DNA of 63,090 nucleotides, the filler included, from Octopus bimaculoides (Eukaryota), in the NCBI RefSeq assembly GCF_001194135.2. It is 7 parts of 7 records of this genome, joined end to end, with 100 filler letters (N's around TTAATTAATTAA, not from the genome) between each part and the next. Parts side by side here need not be neighbours in the genome. Positions count along the whole stretch, not along the records: positions 61,883 to 63,090 come from NW_026358917.1; 6 more parts are not named here. One strand, 5' to 3'. A model generated the notes under the pieces. It searched no databases. It saw only the letters and a list, made by a program, of their open reading frames with translations, and had not been told where the DNA came from. Both the position numbers and the translations under genes were made by a program. Of the stretch, positions 62,160 to 63,090 are shown piece after piece (positions within the stretch are counted from its first letter, which is position 1; the number at the start of each line of letters is the position of its first letter).

Positions 62160-62335
62160 TGTCCCCAACTGCTAATTGATAACCGTTGTTGGTTTATTTG
62201 CATCCCTGTTACTTAGCACTTAAGCAAAAGAGAGCTATAGGTGGCTGCTCATCAGACAGAAAAGGTACCACACATAAAAGACAAATTCAAGAGCTCCAGC
62301 ATGGCCACAGTCTTATAACTGAAACAAGTAGAAGA
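62160..62335 (+). mobile_element. Degenerate family B SINE 3' half
   Basis: TTGATAACCG..GCTCCAGCATGGCCACAGTC..ACTGAAACAAGTA. Confidence 0.65.
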
Positions 62336-63090
62336 GAGAAAGAAAAAAGAAGAGAGAAAGAGAAAAATAGAAAGAAAGAAAGGAAAAAGTGAGAGAGAAC
62401 TATAGAGAAAACGAGAGAGAGAGAAATAGAGAAGAAAAAAGAGAAAGAGGGAAAAGAAAAGAGAAAACGAGAGAGAGAGAGAAAGACAGAAAAGAAAAAG
62501 AGAAAGGAAAGGAAAATGGACAGAAATAGAGAGAAACAGAGAAAAGAAAGAGATAAAGAGAGAAAACAAGGAGAGGAGAAGAGAGAAAGGAAGAGAAAGC
62601 GAGAGGGAGAAAGAAAGAGAGAATGAGAAAGGAAGCGGAAAAAGAAAAAGAACGAGAATGAAAAGAGAAACGGAGAGATAGAGTGAGAATCATGAGAGAA
62701 GGAAAGAGAGAAAAGAGAAAGAAAGGAGAGAAAACAAAGAGAGAGAGAAAGAAGGAGAGAAACGAGAGAGAGAAAGCAGGAAAGAAAAGCGAGAGAGTGA
62801 GAAAAAGAAAACAAAGAGAAGAAGAAAGGGAGAAGTAAAGAGAAAACAAAAGGGTGAGAAGAAGAAAGGAAAGAGAAAAAGATAGAGAGAGAGAGGAAGA
62901 AAGAGGAAAAACAAAGAGTGAAAGAGAGAGAAAAGAGAAAGAGAAGGAGAACGATACGAAAAAGGGATAAAGAGAATAAGAGAAAAGAAGAGAGGGAGAA
63001 AGAGAGAAGGCAAAAAGAAAGAGATAAAGAAGAGAGAAAAAGAGAGAAAAGAAAAGCGGGAGAGAATGAGTGAAGAGAAAAAAGAAATGG
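62330..63090 (+). repeat. About 760-bp purine-rich (GA) low-complexity tract
   Basis: Mostly A and G, read directly. Confidence 0.95.

Overview
AT-rich, gap-ridden eukaryotic genomic DNA made almost entirely of transposable-element relics and microsatellites. No intact protein-coding gene can be supported. TTAGGG repeats, a divergent metazoan 18S fragment and the SINE/LINE families present suggest an octopod cephalopod genome (inference, not a database result). Six 100-bp linkers (44 N + TTAATTAATTAA + 44 N) cut the window into seven joined blocks, so adjacency across them is uncertain. Recognisable contents: a head-to-tail Helitron pair with a PIF1 fragment; two degenerate Ty3/Gypsy internal regions and several LTRs; a Penelope-like RT fragment; two mariner relics and a maT-like relic; RTE, Tx1/L1-like and R4/Dong-like LINE 3' ends; a hAT MITE; at least three tRNA-headed SINE families; and an isolated 18S rRNA fragment. 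Three observations stand out. (1) Three copies of a GGATC-terminated MITE family with perfect 8-bp TSDs (Merlin-like), each carrying an inverted telomeric-repeat array. (2) An inverted dimer of a tRNA-headed element whose tail contains a Penelope-type minimal hammerhead ribozyme. (3) A SINE variant whose 3' tail matches the 3' end of the Tx1-like LINE in this window and which twice inserted into another SINE family with 30-bp and 14-bp TSDs. All alignments were done by eye and many boundaries are approximate.
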